This document shows, piece after piece, positions 28,326-41,663 of a stretch of DNA of 64,000 nucleotides. The translations under genes and the position numbers were made by a program. Position 1 is the first letter of the stretch, and each line of letters starts with the position of its first letter. The stretch is taken from NCBI GenBank assembly GCA_963700985.1, contig OY969554.1, forward strand, positions 800,001 to 864,000. Reading direction: 5' to 3'. The notes below the pieces were generated by a model. That model searched no databases and was not told where the DNA came from. It saw nothing but the letters and a program-made list of their open reading frames with translations. The stretch comes from an uncultured Chlamydiales bacterium (GTDB lineage Bacteria > Chlamydiota > Chlamydiia > Chlamydiales > Rhabdochlamydiaceae).

Positions 28326-28456
28326 AACTTTACCTTTTAGGCAAAAAATTATATCCAAACTTAAACTACATATCAATAATACAATAATTATTAAACGTAT
28401 TAATAATAAATTTTATTTATAAATAAATAAGACGCTCTCTAATTGAAAGCGCCTTA

Positions 28457-28610
28457 GAGATTGTCCACAAACTAGGCCTTTTAGAGATTTGCGGAGCTTT
28501 TCGATGAGATTTTTTCTCCCTCGACGAAGACAATGTCGGGACGGTGACATGGCTGAGGAAGGGGAGGAAAAAGATCTCAAAGATCGAAGGTCTAGCTTGT
28601 GGACAGTCTC
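28457..28610. mobile_element. 154-bp MITE with TTA target duplication
   Basis: TIRs GAGATTGTCCACAAACTAG and GAGACTGTCCACAAGCTAG (17/19); TTA on both sides; empty paralogous site at 31619-31621. Confidence 0.88.
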
Positions 28611-28628
28611 TTATATGAAAAGATATGT

Positions 28629-28678
28629 TCTATTTTCTAGCGAGTTTAGCGATGACAAGACCGCCTAAGAACTAGCCT
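28629..28678 (-). pseudogene. Duplicated 3' fragment of the 31638-32213 gene
   Basis: CTATTTTCTAGCGAGTTTAGCGATGACAAGACCGCCTAAGAAC nearly identical to 31638-31680 (FLGGLVIAKLARK*). Confidence 0.85.
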
Positions 28679-28720
28679 AGGAAGACATGTAAGTGGAAAT
28701 CGCTGAATTGTTGCCATAAT

Positions 28721-30094
28721 TCAATCTTGTTTTACGTTTTGTGAAGGTAGCTTAAAGCTTTCGGTGCGCTGGTGCTTATGCACACCACCTTTCTTTTCTT
28801 CACGAGGAGATAAAATGAGTCCGGTTCTGGAAGCAAGATCACCTGGAGGCAAGAAAGGCACAATAGATCGAATTGCTTTATGGGACATTTGTAGCTGGTT
28901 CTCTCGTAGATCAAGCAATGTTAATCTGATGCACGCCGCCATCTCAGCTGGAATCTTCTTTATCTTGCATTGGTGAAGGCTGAGAGTTTCAAGCGAGGTC
29001 AAACGTCCAATCCTGCTAGACAGACTAGTAAGAGCAGTTTTAGATAGATTAAGAGTTCGCAGGCTTGTTAAGCACCAGAACGCTATAGGCAGATTTGCAA
29101 GCCTAGGATTTGAGTTGAGTGAAAGTTTTGTTAACGCAGTTAAGCTGCCAATCTCAGATGGCAATCTTTCAAGATCATTGCCAGATAACCAGAGTGTTTG
29201 TAGCGCTCTCAATTGCCCAATTCGGGGTGGTAAAACGGTGATCTTATTGTAAGCTAAATTTATATGTTCCAAACGTGTGCAATTTAGAAGAGATAGGGGT
29301 ATGCTCTCAAACATATTGCGGCTTAAAATAACTTCTCTCAAGTAGGTACAAGATTCAATTTCCTGGGGTAGATCTTTGAGCCATGTTTTCCCCTTGTCCC
29401 GCATAATCCCCTGTATCACCTGTTCATCATCATGACCGTAAGAAAGTTTTCTTAAGCCCGTTAACAGTCCCACTAAAGGAGGAAGATGAGTGAATTGTGT
29501 TTGATCACGGGTACGGGAAGTAGTTGCATTCAGAGTTATCTGAATACCCCCTAACTGGCCAATGTTAGATACGAGCCAACGAGACACCTCCGCTGCCACA
29601 CCAAGTATGTTCCTCCGCTGCTCAGGCAAAAATCTGACTATGTCCGGAAGTCTTCGAGATGTCACTGCAGCCTCTGCTGAGAAGGTGCCTATGTTCAGGA
29701 AAAAGTTTGTGATATCAGCTGCTCGGGCAATCTCTGATAAACTCCTTCGATCATAAGGACCGCGTGGCAGAGGAGGAAAAGAGAGCGTTATGATTCTTGC
29801 CTTTGAAATGATGGTCGCGCTGATCTGTTTTACAACCAGATCTGTTTTTAGAGGCACATTTTTGCTGTAATGTTGAACAACTCCATTTACTAGACCGCCT
29901 ATGATGAGATCTGGACCTTCTTGCAGGCGCTTCAAAAGCATCTTCCACGTACCGCCAAACAACTTATCCCTATTATCTGAAAAGTAGTGTGACACCCGCT
30001 CCAGATTATGAGGATGAGGCAAAAAGCTCGCCACGTGATCAACATGAAAATAGGGAAGTCTTGTCAGTAGAGATCTTTGAATTGTTGAGGACAT
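28721..30094 (-). CDS. LRR protein with F-box-like N-terminus (paralogue 2)
   Basis: LPYFHVDHVASFL; RLQEGPD.IIGGLV block shared with paralogues; LRRs. Confidence 0.85.
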   Translation of the reverse strand: MSSTIQRSLLTRLPYFHVDHVASFLPHPHNLERVSHYFSDNRDKLFGGTWKMLLKRLQEGPDLIIGGLVNGVVQHYSKNVPLKTDLVVKQISATIISKARIITLSFPPLPRGPYDRRSLSEIARAADITNFFLNIGTFSAEAAVTSRRLPDIVRFLPEQRRNILGVAAEVSRWLVSNIGQLGGIQITLNATTSRTRDQTQFTHLPPLVGLLTGLRKLSYGHDDEQVIQGIMRDKGKTWLKDLPQEIESCTYLREVILSRNMFESIPLSLLNCTRLEHINLAYNKITVLPPRIGQLRALQTLWLSGNDLERLPSEIGSLTALTKLSLNSNPRLANLPIAFWCLTSLRTLNLSKTALTSLSSRIGRLTSLETLSLHQCKIKKIPAEMAACIRLTLLDLRENQLQMSHKAIRSIVPFLPPGDLASRTGLILSPREEKKGGVHKHQRTESFKLPSQNVKQD

Positions 30095-30114
30095 AGTTTC
30101 TCTTTATTTAACTT

Positions 30115-31494
30115 TTAAGAAGAAGAGCCTAATTCATTAATTCGAGAATGCTTGGCTGCTGGTTCTGCGGGTGCAGCTTCTTTCTTTTCTTCCTGAACTT
30201 CTAGGCGAGGAGATAAAAGGAGCCCAGTTTTAGCAGCCTCATCACCTGGAGGTAATGAAGGCAAAATCGCCTGAATCTCTTCATCAGACATCTCGAGTGG
30301 ATTACTTCGTAGATCAAGAGTTGCTAAACTCACACACTTTATCATCTCAGCGGGAATATTTTTTATCTTGCACTGATTTACATAGAGAAATCTAAGAGCG
30401 GTCAAGCTCCCAATTCTGCTAGACAGGCTTGTGAGAGCTGTATCGGCTAGGTGAAGGAATTGCAGGCTTGTTAAATTCCAAAATTCTTCCGGAAGCTCTG
30501 CAAGCCTAGGATTTGAGTTTAGTGAAAGTTTTGTTAACGCAGTTAATGCACCAAGCGCAGGCGGCACGCTTTCTAAATCATTGTCATTCAGCCAGAGTGT
30601 GTGCAGCGCTCTCAGCTGTCCAATTTGAAACGGCAAAGTAGTGATCTGATTGCAACCTAAATTTATTTGTTCTAAACGTCTGCAATTTAGAAGAGCTAGA
30701 GGTATGTGCTCAAACATATTGCGACATAAAACAGCCTCTCTTAGTTCAGTGCAGGATTGAATATCCGGAGGTAGAGCTCTGAGCCATGTGTTTCTCCACC
30801 CACTCCATCCTGCTCCCCTCTCAGGCAGATGGCTATAAAAAATTACCCTTAGGCCCGTCAATAACCCCACTAAATTAGGAATGTGCGTGAATTGTCTTGT
30901 AATGCGCAAACTCTCATTATCCCCGATTCCGTTTGCTTGAACAGCTCTCAAAGCAGCTATATTACATGTCATCCAATGCGATATCTCCATTGCAAGGCTA
31001 AGTATGTTTTGCTGTTCTTCTGGCAACAGGCCAATTGTGTATAAAAGGTATGGTGCCGCTGCCTTAGCCAATGGCGAATTCGCCGCTACGTTCGAGAAAA
31101 AATTAACGATATCGGTTGCTCGAGCGAGCTCTGATAAACTTCTTCGGTCGTACCAGCCTAGCGGCATAGAAGGAAGAGAAAGAGCACTTGCTGCCATTTT
31201 TGCCTTCTTTAGGATGATTCTGCTGATCTCTTTTACAACCAGATCAGCTTTAGTTGGCCCTCTTTGTCTGTAAGCTTGAATTATGCCTTTGACTAGACCA
31301 CCTATGATGGGATCCGGGCCTTCTTGCAACCGTTTTAAATGCATCTTCCATGTGTTAACAAATAGATTATCTCGATTAGCTGAAAAGTATTTTGATACCC
31401 GTTCCAACTCATGAGGATGAGCCAAATAGTTGGCCACATAATCAATCATGCTATTGGGCAGTTTGTAGAGAATGGATCCTCGAATTGCTGACAT
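30115..31494 (-). CDS. LRR protein with F-box-like N-terminus (paralogue 3)
   Basis: LPNSMIDYVANYL; RLQEGPDPIIGGLVK; LRRs; start at ATG 31494. Confidence 0.85.
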   Translation of the reverse strand: MSAIRGSILYKLPNSMIDYVANYLAHPHELERVSKYFSANRDNLFVNTWKMHLKRLQEGPDPIIGGLVKGIIQAYRQRGPTKADLVVKEISRIILKKAKMAASALSLPSMPLGWYDRRSLSELARATDIVNFFSNVAANSPLAKAAAPYLLYTIGLLPEEQQNILSLAMEISHWMTCNIAALRAVQANGIGDNESLRITRQFTHIPNLVGLLTGLRVIFYSHLPERGAGWSGWRNTWLRALPPDIQSCTELREAVLCRNMFEHIPLALLNCRRLEQINLGCNQITTLPFQIGQLRALHTLWLNDNDLESVPPALGALTALTKLSLNSNPRLAELPEEFWNLTSLQFLHLADTALTSLSSRIGSLTALRFLYVNQCKIKNIPAEMIKCVSLATLDLRSNPLEMSDEEIQAILPSLPPGDEAAKTGLLLSPRLEVQEEKKEAAPAEPAAKHSRINELGSSS

Positions 31495-31589
31495 AATTTC
31501 ACCTTTTAGGCAAAAAAATATATCAAAAACAGAACTATTTATCAATAATCATTTAATAAAAAACATTAATTATAATTTTATTTATAAAT

Positions 31590-31620
31590 AAAAAAGGCGC
31601 TTTCTATCTGAAAGCGCCTT
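31590..31620 (-). terminator. Terminator of the 31638-32213 gene
   Basis: AAGGCGCTTTC-TATCT-GAAAGCGCCTT with A-run on its left. Confidence 0.75.
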
Positions 31621-31637
31621 ATGCGAGAAAATATGTT

Positions 31638-32213
31638 CTATTTTCTAGCGAGTTTTGCGATGACAAGACCGCCTAAGAACCAGCCAATGATTAGATCAAG
31701 CATACATACGATCGTGAAGCCGAAAGCCGCTCCGCCCCAAATCAAATCTGGCACGTAAGTGATTATCCCTGCAATGAGAGCAATTGTGGTTACAAACCCC
31801 ACTTGTCTCATGTAAGGCATCACTTTGGTCATCAGCAAAAGCCAAGTGATTAGATAAGCCGCAATAATTTGTACAATCAAGGCGAGCACAAAAGGAAGTG
31901 GGCCTTCCATTTTCATGCCATTTTTTTGAACTGTAGCAAATATAACTGGGCCTGTCTTCATCATCTCTTTGCCATGCATAACCGCTTCATTCTTCTCACT
32001 TTTGCTCATGCCTTTTTCGTGAGCTCTAAAATGCGGAAGCACATAAACACCGCTCTGCTCAGTATTTTCTTGAATGACTTGAGCCACTTTCTTCTCATTT
32101 TTAAACTTGTGCATGGTCATCTCATGCCAGGGAAGAACCATCCAAGAGATTGTTCCCCATAAGAAAACGACAATGCCGCCAATAATGGCGCAACGCGCTA
32201 GCGCTTTATCCAT
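31638..32213 (-). CDS. Hypothetical membrane protein (about 4 TM)
   Basis: 191-aa ORF with hydrophobic helices; SWMVLPWH and GVYVLP blocks. Confidence 0.75.
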   Translation of the reverse strand: MDKALARCAIIGGIVVFLWGTISWMVLPWHEMTMHKFKNEKKVAQVIQENTEQSGVYVLPHFRAHEKGMSKSEKNEAVMHGKEMMKTGPVIFATVQKNGMKMEGPLPFVLALIVQIIAAYLITWLLLMTKVMPYMRQVGFVTTIALIAGIITYVPDLIWGGAAFGFTIVCMLDLIIGWFLGGLVIAKLARK

Positions 32214-32318
32214 AAAAAACCCCTTCGGTTTGAACTATAAAAATGCTGACCAGACTGCCCAAGGCAGCTCTTTGCCATGCAAATTGTGTACTTCTTTACC
32301 GTAAAGGAATTTATTTAA

Positions 32319-36459
<4,141 letters not shown>

Positions 36460-36632
36460 GATATCTCCCCTGTTAATACCCTTATACCATCTTTAGCCCT
36501 CAAAATGTAAGAAATTACTTTAAAGCTCGAGTTGTGGATTATTATAAATTTAACTATTTCATTATAAGAGACTTGTAATTTTGGCAACTATGGCTGCAAA
36601 AATTGACGCAATTTTGCATGATGAGTAGCAGA

Positions 36633-37781
36633 ATGTTTAATAGATTTTTTGATCCACCTTCATCTGAGAGCTACTTTCTTTTCGGGCCTCGCGGCACCGG
36701 AAAATCGACTTGGCTTAAAGCACACTACCCTCATGCCTATTGGATTGACCTGCTCAATCCAGAAATTTTTCGATTTTTTACTACAGGACCTGAGCGCCTT
36801 ATAAGCATTTTAAAAGAAAAACCAGAAAGAGTCGTAGTCATCGATGAGGTTCAAAAAGCCCCCGAGTTACTCAATGTGGTTCATAGCCTTATAGAGGAAA
36901 AGAAAGGCTATCAATTTATCATGACAGGTTCGAGCACGAGAAAGCTCAAACAGCAAGGCATCAATTTGCTCGGTGGAAGAGCTCTCCTTAGGCATATGCC
37001 CCCTTTCTTTGCAGGCGAGCTTGGGAGCGCCTTTAACCTGAATAAAAACCTAAAGCTGGGCATGCTTCCTATTGTTCTGGATTCAGCAGTACCAGAAGAA
37101 GTTTTGAGAGCCTACGCTGGTATCTATCTCAAAGAAGAAGTGCAGGCTGAGGGATTAGTGAGAAATATTGGAGATTTTGCTCGCTTTTTAGAAATTATGA
37201 GTTTTTCTCATGCGTCAGTGATCAACGCTTCAAATATCGCACGTGAATGTCAAATTGCGCGAAAAACGGTCGATAGTTACTTGCTTATTCTCGAAGATCT
37301 ACTTCTTGCTTTCCAGCTTCAAGTCTTCCATCGAAAAGCTAAAAGAGCTCTTGCGTTACATCCAAAATTTTATTTTTTTGATGCTGGAGTTTATTATTCT
37401 CTAAAACCTAAAAGCTATTACGACAAGGAAAATGAAAGAGAAGGAGCTGCATTAGAAGGTCTTGTAGCTCAGCATCTAAAAGCATGGATCGATGCACAGA
37501 TTGAGCAATACCAACTTCATTTTTGGCGCACGCGCGCTCAAGCCGAAGTAGACTTCATCGTTTCAGGTCCTGATTGTTTTCTTGCCATTGAAGTAAAAAA
37601 TGGCTCTGTAATTCACCCAAGTGATCTGCGCGGCCTTGAATTATTTGGTCAAGATTATCCCGAGGCCACATGCATACTCCTGTACCGAGGCAAACACACA
37701 TTCAAAGAGCGCAACATTCTTTGCTGTCCTGCAGATGAGTTTCTTTTGAAAATTCATCCAAAGAAAGCTTTGGTTGGTTGA
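36633..37781 (+). CDS. AAA ATPase with DUF4143 C-terminal domain
   Basis: GPRGTGKST, IDEVQK, MTGSS, PKFYFFDAG, FWRT...EVDF...AIEVK; start uncertain (36603-36633). Confidence 0.9.
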   Translation: MFNRFFDPPSSESYFLFGPRGTGKSTWLKAHYPHAYWIDLLNPEIFRFFTTGPERLISILKEKPERVVVIDEVQKAPELLNVVHSLIEEKKGYQFIMTGSSTRKLKQQGINLLGGRALLRHMPPFFAGELGSAFNLNKNLKLGMLPIVLDSAVPEEVLRAYAGIYLKEEVQAEGLVRNIGDFARFLEIMSFSHASVINASNIARECQIARKTVDSYLLILEDLLLAFQLQVFHRKAKRALALHPKFYFFDAGVYYSLKPKSYYDKENEREGAALEGLVAQHLKAWIDAQIEQYQLHFWRTRAQAEVDFIVSGPDCFLAIEVKNGSVIHPSDLRGLELFGQDYPEATCILLYRGKHTFKERNILCCPADEFLLKIHPKKALVG

Positions 37782-37827
37782 CTCTAAGAGCAGAGAAGAT
37801 TATTCTTTTTTTCTTTTCAGGAAAATT

Positions 37828-39219
37828 ATGTCTAAAGCTCGTCCCCTTACTTTATTTACCCTTGCCATGATCAACGTGGCCACCATTGGCGGCCTGAAAA
37901 ACTGGGCCGTGACCGCAGAATATGGGCTTGCTTCAGCATTTTTCCTGGTAATAGCCGCTCTGCTCTTTTTTATCCCCACAGCCCTAGTTTCGGCTGAGCT
38001 TGCCACGGGTTGGCCCGAACGCGGCGGCGTTTTTCTTTGGGTAAAAGAAGCTTTTGGGCACCGCGCCGGTTTTCAAGCCATCTGGCTGCAGTGGATCCAA
38101 ACGGTCGTTTGGTATCCCACTATTTTAGCTTTTATTTCCGGCACTTTTGCCTATGCCTTTAATCCGATGCTTGCCGAGAACAAGATTTACACACTGTTAG
38201 TTGTATTGGGAGTTTTTTGGATCGCCACCTTAGCCAATCTGCAAGGCATGCGTATTTCTGGATGGATTAGCTCGGCCGGCACAATCTTAGGAACCTTCAT
38301 TCCAGCCGGCGTGATCATCTTCCTGGGCGTTTTGTGGATAGCTTCTGGCAAGCCCTCACAAGTTCCTTTCACATTTGATAATCTCATTCCCGACATGAGT
38401 CACATCAAAGAGCTCGTCTTCTTTTCAGGAGTTATTTTGAGTTTGATGGGCATGGAAATGTCGGCCGTGCATGCCAAAGATGTGGAGAATCCTCAAAGAA
38501 CCTATCCCCGCGCAATTCTACTCTCGCTAATCATTATCCTCGGGCTCTCCATCCCAGGCGTACTCTCCATTGCGATTGTAGTGCCTCAATCTGAGATCAG
38601 TTTCCTGGCGGGCTCCATTCAAGCCTTTTCAGTATTCGTAGAATCTTTTCAGTTGAAGTGGCTAGTGCCGCTAATTGCCTCGTTGATCGCTTTGGGCGCA
38701 GCTACCTCTGTGAGCACCTGGATGGTCGGACCAAGCCGAGGTCTTTTGGCTGCAGCGCAAGCAGGTGATCTACCCCCAATCTTCCGCACGCAGAATAAAC
38801 ATAACATGCCGGTTGGCCTGCTCGTTTTCCAAGGGATCGTCGTCTCGATTATCACCTTTCTCTTTCTCTTTATGCCCAGCTTAAATGCAGCCTTCTGGTT
38901 CATCAGCGTAATCGTGGCACAACTTTATCTAATCATGTATTTCCTTCTTTTTGCCGCAGCCATCAAGCTACGCTACAAAAAGCCCGATGTCGTTCGAGCT
39001 TATAAAGTTCCTGGAGGAAAAGTCGGCATCTGGATTGTGTGTGGATTGGGCTTTCTAACCTCAGCCTTCACCTTCTTTATCGGCTTCTTCCCACCCGCAC
39101 AGATTCAAGTGGGCAACGTCTATTTCTATCTCTCTTCCCTGCTGGGAGGCGTAGTCTTTTTATGTATGGGACCCTATATCATCCTGCTCTTCAAAACCGC
39201 GAAGTGGACTAAAGAATAA
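37828..39219 (+). CDS. APC-family amino acid permease (GadC-like)
   Basis: FFIPTALVSAELATGWP..GGVFLWVKEAFG, GMEMSAVHA; about 12 TM. Confidence 0.9.
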   Translation: MSKARPLTLFTLAMINVATIGGLKNWAVTAEYGLASAFFLVIAALLFFIPTALVSAELATGWPERGGVFLWVKEAFGHRAGFQAIWLQWIQTVVWYPTILAFISGTFAYAFNPMLAENKIYTLLVVLGVFWIATLANLQGMRISGWISSAGTILGTFIPAGVIIFLGVLWIASGKPSQVPFTFDNLIPDMSHIKELVFFSGVILSLMGMEMSAVHAKDVENPQRTYPRAILLSLIIILGLSIPGVLSIAIVVPQSEISFLAGSIQAFSVFVESFQLKWLVPLIASLIALGAATSVSTWMVGPSRGLLAAAQAGDLPPIFRTQNKHNMPVGLLVFQGIVVSIITFLFLFMPSLNAAFWFISVIVAQLYLIMYFLLFAAAIKLRYKKPDVVRAYKVPGGKVGIWIVCGLGFLTSAFTFFIGFFPPAQIQVGNVYFYLSSLLGGVVFLCMGPYIILLFKTAKWTKE

Positions 39220-39220
39220 G

Positions 39221-39295
39221 ATCGGGCACGCACACGGGCACGGGCACGAAAGAAAAAAAGATCATTTCTTAATTCTTTTCGTGCCCGTGCCCGAT
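39221..39295. repeat. GGGCAC-repeat palindrome between convergent genes
   Basis: CGGGCACGGGCACGAAA...TTTCGTGCCCGTGCCCGAT. Confidence 0.7.
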
Positions 39296-39305
39296 TATCT
39301 CTATC

Positions 39306-40049
39306 TTATTGTGCGAAGCCAAAAAGGCGCTTGAAGCAATCCACGAGACCTTGAAAGCAGCCGTAGAACGCATCAGCAACCATCTCATACCAAGGACGAT
39401 TATCTGGCTCTGGCGCAAGTGGTGGAGGTGGAACAGGCTCTTGAGGAACTGGCGCTGGCTGATTCGGTTTTGGAGAAGCTGCTGGCACTTTATTTATAGG
39501 AGCCGGTGCCGCTTGGGCTTCGAGTTTGGGTGTAATTAGAGAATCACGAGGAATGTTAAGCAGCCATTCTGCAGTTTCGAATATGTCCTCAACCCCTGCA
39601 TTCCCCATTCTGCCCCCCTGGAATATATCTGCATGCGCATGCGCATCCACTTCCCATTGATATTTTTGTAGCCTACCATCACGCGGGCCAGAATGTGGAT
39701 GGTCCTCACTTGCGCGATAGAAACCGACGCATTTGCCATCTCTAAAAGCAACTTCAAACATTTTGTGCTTTGCATCATCCTTTGCATTTTTCGCTCTTTC
39801 AAAAAAGAATGAGACGGCAACACCTTCAACGAGGGTCTTTTGCGAATCCGCAAATTTTTGATTAAAAAACAGCCTCTCTTTAAGAGAAGCTGGTAGATTT
39901 GGATTACTTCGATCGATGTATTGAGAAATCAAGGGCATGTGGGCAGCCCAATCGCCTAGCTTTGCGAGTTCTTTTGGGTCGACATGCTGCTCAACTAGCG
40001 CTATTTGACTAGCGCTCAAAGGTAGCGAAAAAACACCAGATGTGGCCAT
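39306..40049 (-). CDS. Hypothetical protein, tandem family member 1
   Basis: RBS AGGAG; VEGVAVSFF, CVGFY, Pro-rich linker, WYEMVADAFYGCFQGLVDCFKRLFGF tail. Confidence 0.85.
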   Translation of the reverse strand: MATSGVFSLPLSASQIALVEQHVDPKELAKLGDWAAHMPLISQYIDRSNPNLPASLKERLFFNQKFADSQKTLVEGVAVSFFFERAKNAKDDAKHKMFEVAFRDGKCVGFYRASEDHPHSGPRDGRLQKYQWEVDAHAHADIFQGGRMGNAGVEDIFETAEWLLNIPRDSLITPKLEAQAAPAPINKVPAASPKPNQPAPVPQEPVPPPPLAPEPDNRPWYEMVADAFYGCFQGLVDCFKRLFGFAQ

Positions 40050-40067
40050 AAAAACTCCTGATTAAAT

Positions 40068-40814
40068 TTAGGTTGCAAAGCCAAAAAATCGCTTAAAGCA
40101 ATCCACCAAGCTAGCTATGCAGCCACCTAGCGCATCACCAATCATCTGGTACCAAGCGCGAGCAGCAGGCTGAGCTGGTTCTCCATCATCCAGAGCAACG
40201 GGCTCGTTGGGCAGAGGCGCAGGGGCTGGTAGCGGCTCAACACGAGGTGGTATAAGGGAAGAAAGCCTCCCGATATGATAGTCCGTTACACCAGAGTCCT
40301 TTAACATTTGTTCAATTCCGTACCGAGCCTGTGCTTCAGGATTAAAGATCATCGGATCTCCCAGCTTATTAAGAGGCATGGAGACGTGTGCATCGTTATA
40401 ATCGGATCTAAGACGGTCGTCCGTTTCACACCCATCATCCGGACTGAATTTAAAAGAGTAGTGACCGACACACCTGCCCCCTTGAAATCCGACTTCTCGG
40501 ATCTTCCAAGATATAATTCCCACTCCATTTTCACTCGGTTTCGCTTCAAAAAATGATAGTGCTACGCCCTCAACAAGTTTTGACTGCGAATCTACAAACT
40601 TATTCGTAAAATACAACTGACCACGAAGCTTTTTTGGCGTATCCGGACTGTGTCGTTGTATGAAGTCCAAATATAAAGGGATCTTGGTAGTCCAATCGCC
40701 ACCAAGTTTCGTGCTCAGCACACCAAGTACTTCTTCTGGAACATGGCTACGGATTAACGCTTGGTGCTCACCATCCAAAGGTAGAGCTACAGTTGTTGAA
40801 AATTGAACGGCCAT
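40068..40814 (-). CDS. Hypothetical protein, tandem family member 2
   Basis: VEGVALSFF, CVGHY, WYQMIGDALGGCIASLVDCFKRFFGF tail. Confidence 0.85.
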   Translation of the reverse strand: MAVQFSTTVALPLDGEHQALIRSHVPEEVLGVLSTKLGGDWTTKIPLYLDFIQRHSPDTPKKLRGQLYFTNKFVDSQSKLVEGVALSFFEAKPSENGVGIISWKIREVGFQGGRCVGHYSFKFSPDDGCETDDRLRSDYNDAHVSMPLNKLGDPMIFNPEAQARYGIEQMLKDSGVTDYHIGRLSSLIPPRVEPLPAPAPLPNEPVALDDGEPAQPAARAWYQMIGDALGGCIASLVDCFKRFFGFAT

Positions 40815-40835
40815 AAAAACCTCTTTTAATTTTAT

Positions 40836-41534
40836 TTAATTTGTAAGTCCAAAAAAGTGCTTAAAGCAATCTACGAAACTCCACACGCAGCCGCAAAACG
40901 CATCAGTAATTTTTTGATACCAAGCACGCTCGTCAATAGGTTGCTCACCATCAGGTTGCTCATCTTCAATAGGATCAGCGTTATGTAAATTCTTGGCAGC
41001 AGGTGCACCTGATTTAGCATTAAGTGCTTGGCGTTGAGCTTCCTTTGCAGCCCCTAAATGACAACTCAGCAAATTCAATCCCTCATTCATTTCATTTTCC
41101 AGATCAGTTAGTCCTTGAGCATCTTGCTTCGCAAGACAATCAAGGCGTCCCTCGTGAGACATCGCAACAGCATAGAAACCAACACACTGTTTATTTTGGA
41201 AGGCGACACTCTCAAATTTCCACTTAGAGGAACGTTGAGCTTCATTTTTTTGATTTTCAAAAAAGAGTGATAATGCAACGCCGTTAACTACTTCTTTATT
41301 GGAATTCATGAACTGTGTGCTCCAAAACAGTCGATAATGAAATTCTTTTGGGAGATTGGGCTTTTCGAAATCAACAAGCTGTGAAATCATTGGAATCTGC
41401 ACATGCCAATCATTAGCTCGCTCACGAAGAGGGCTCAGCTTAAATGCACCTTCAGGAACGTGCTGATTAACCAATGCTATTTGTGCATCAGTTAAAAGGG
41501 TGACAGGTACTTGGCCTACTGGTTTTACTGACAT
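40836..41534 (-). CDS. Hypothetical protein, tandem family member 3
   Basis: VNGVALSLF, CVGFY, WYQKITDAFCGCVWSFVDCFKHFFGL tail. Confidence 0.85.
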   Translation of the reverse strand: MSVKPVGQVPVTLLTDAQIALVNQHVPEGAFKLSPLRERANDWHVQIPMISQLVDFEKPNLPKEFHYRLFWSTQFMNSNKEVVNGVALSLFFENQKNEAQRSSKWKFESVAFQNKQCVGFYAVAMSHEGRLDCLAKQDAQGLTDLENEMNEGLNLLSCHLGAAKEAQRQALNAKSGAPAAKNLHNADPIEDEQPDGEQPIDERAWYQKITDAFCGCVWSFVDCFKHFFGLTN

Positions 41535-41663
41535 AAAAACTCCTTTTTCTTGTTTTTAACAAAGTAAATTATACACTAATTGTAATATAAACCAGACAAT
41601 TAAAAATTATTTTACTTCGTTAAAAAAATTCATTAACGCCTCATACTTAAAGAAAATTTTAAG

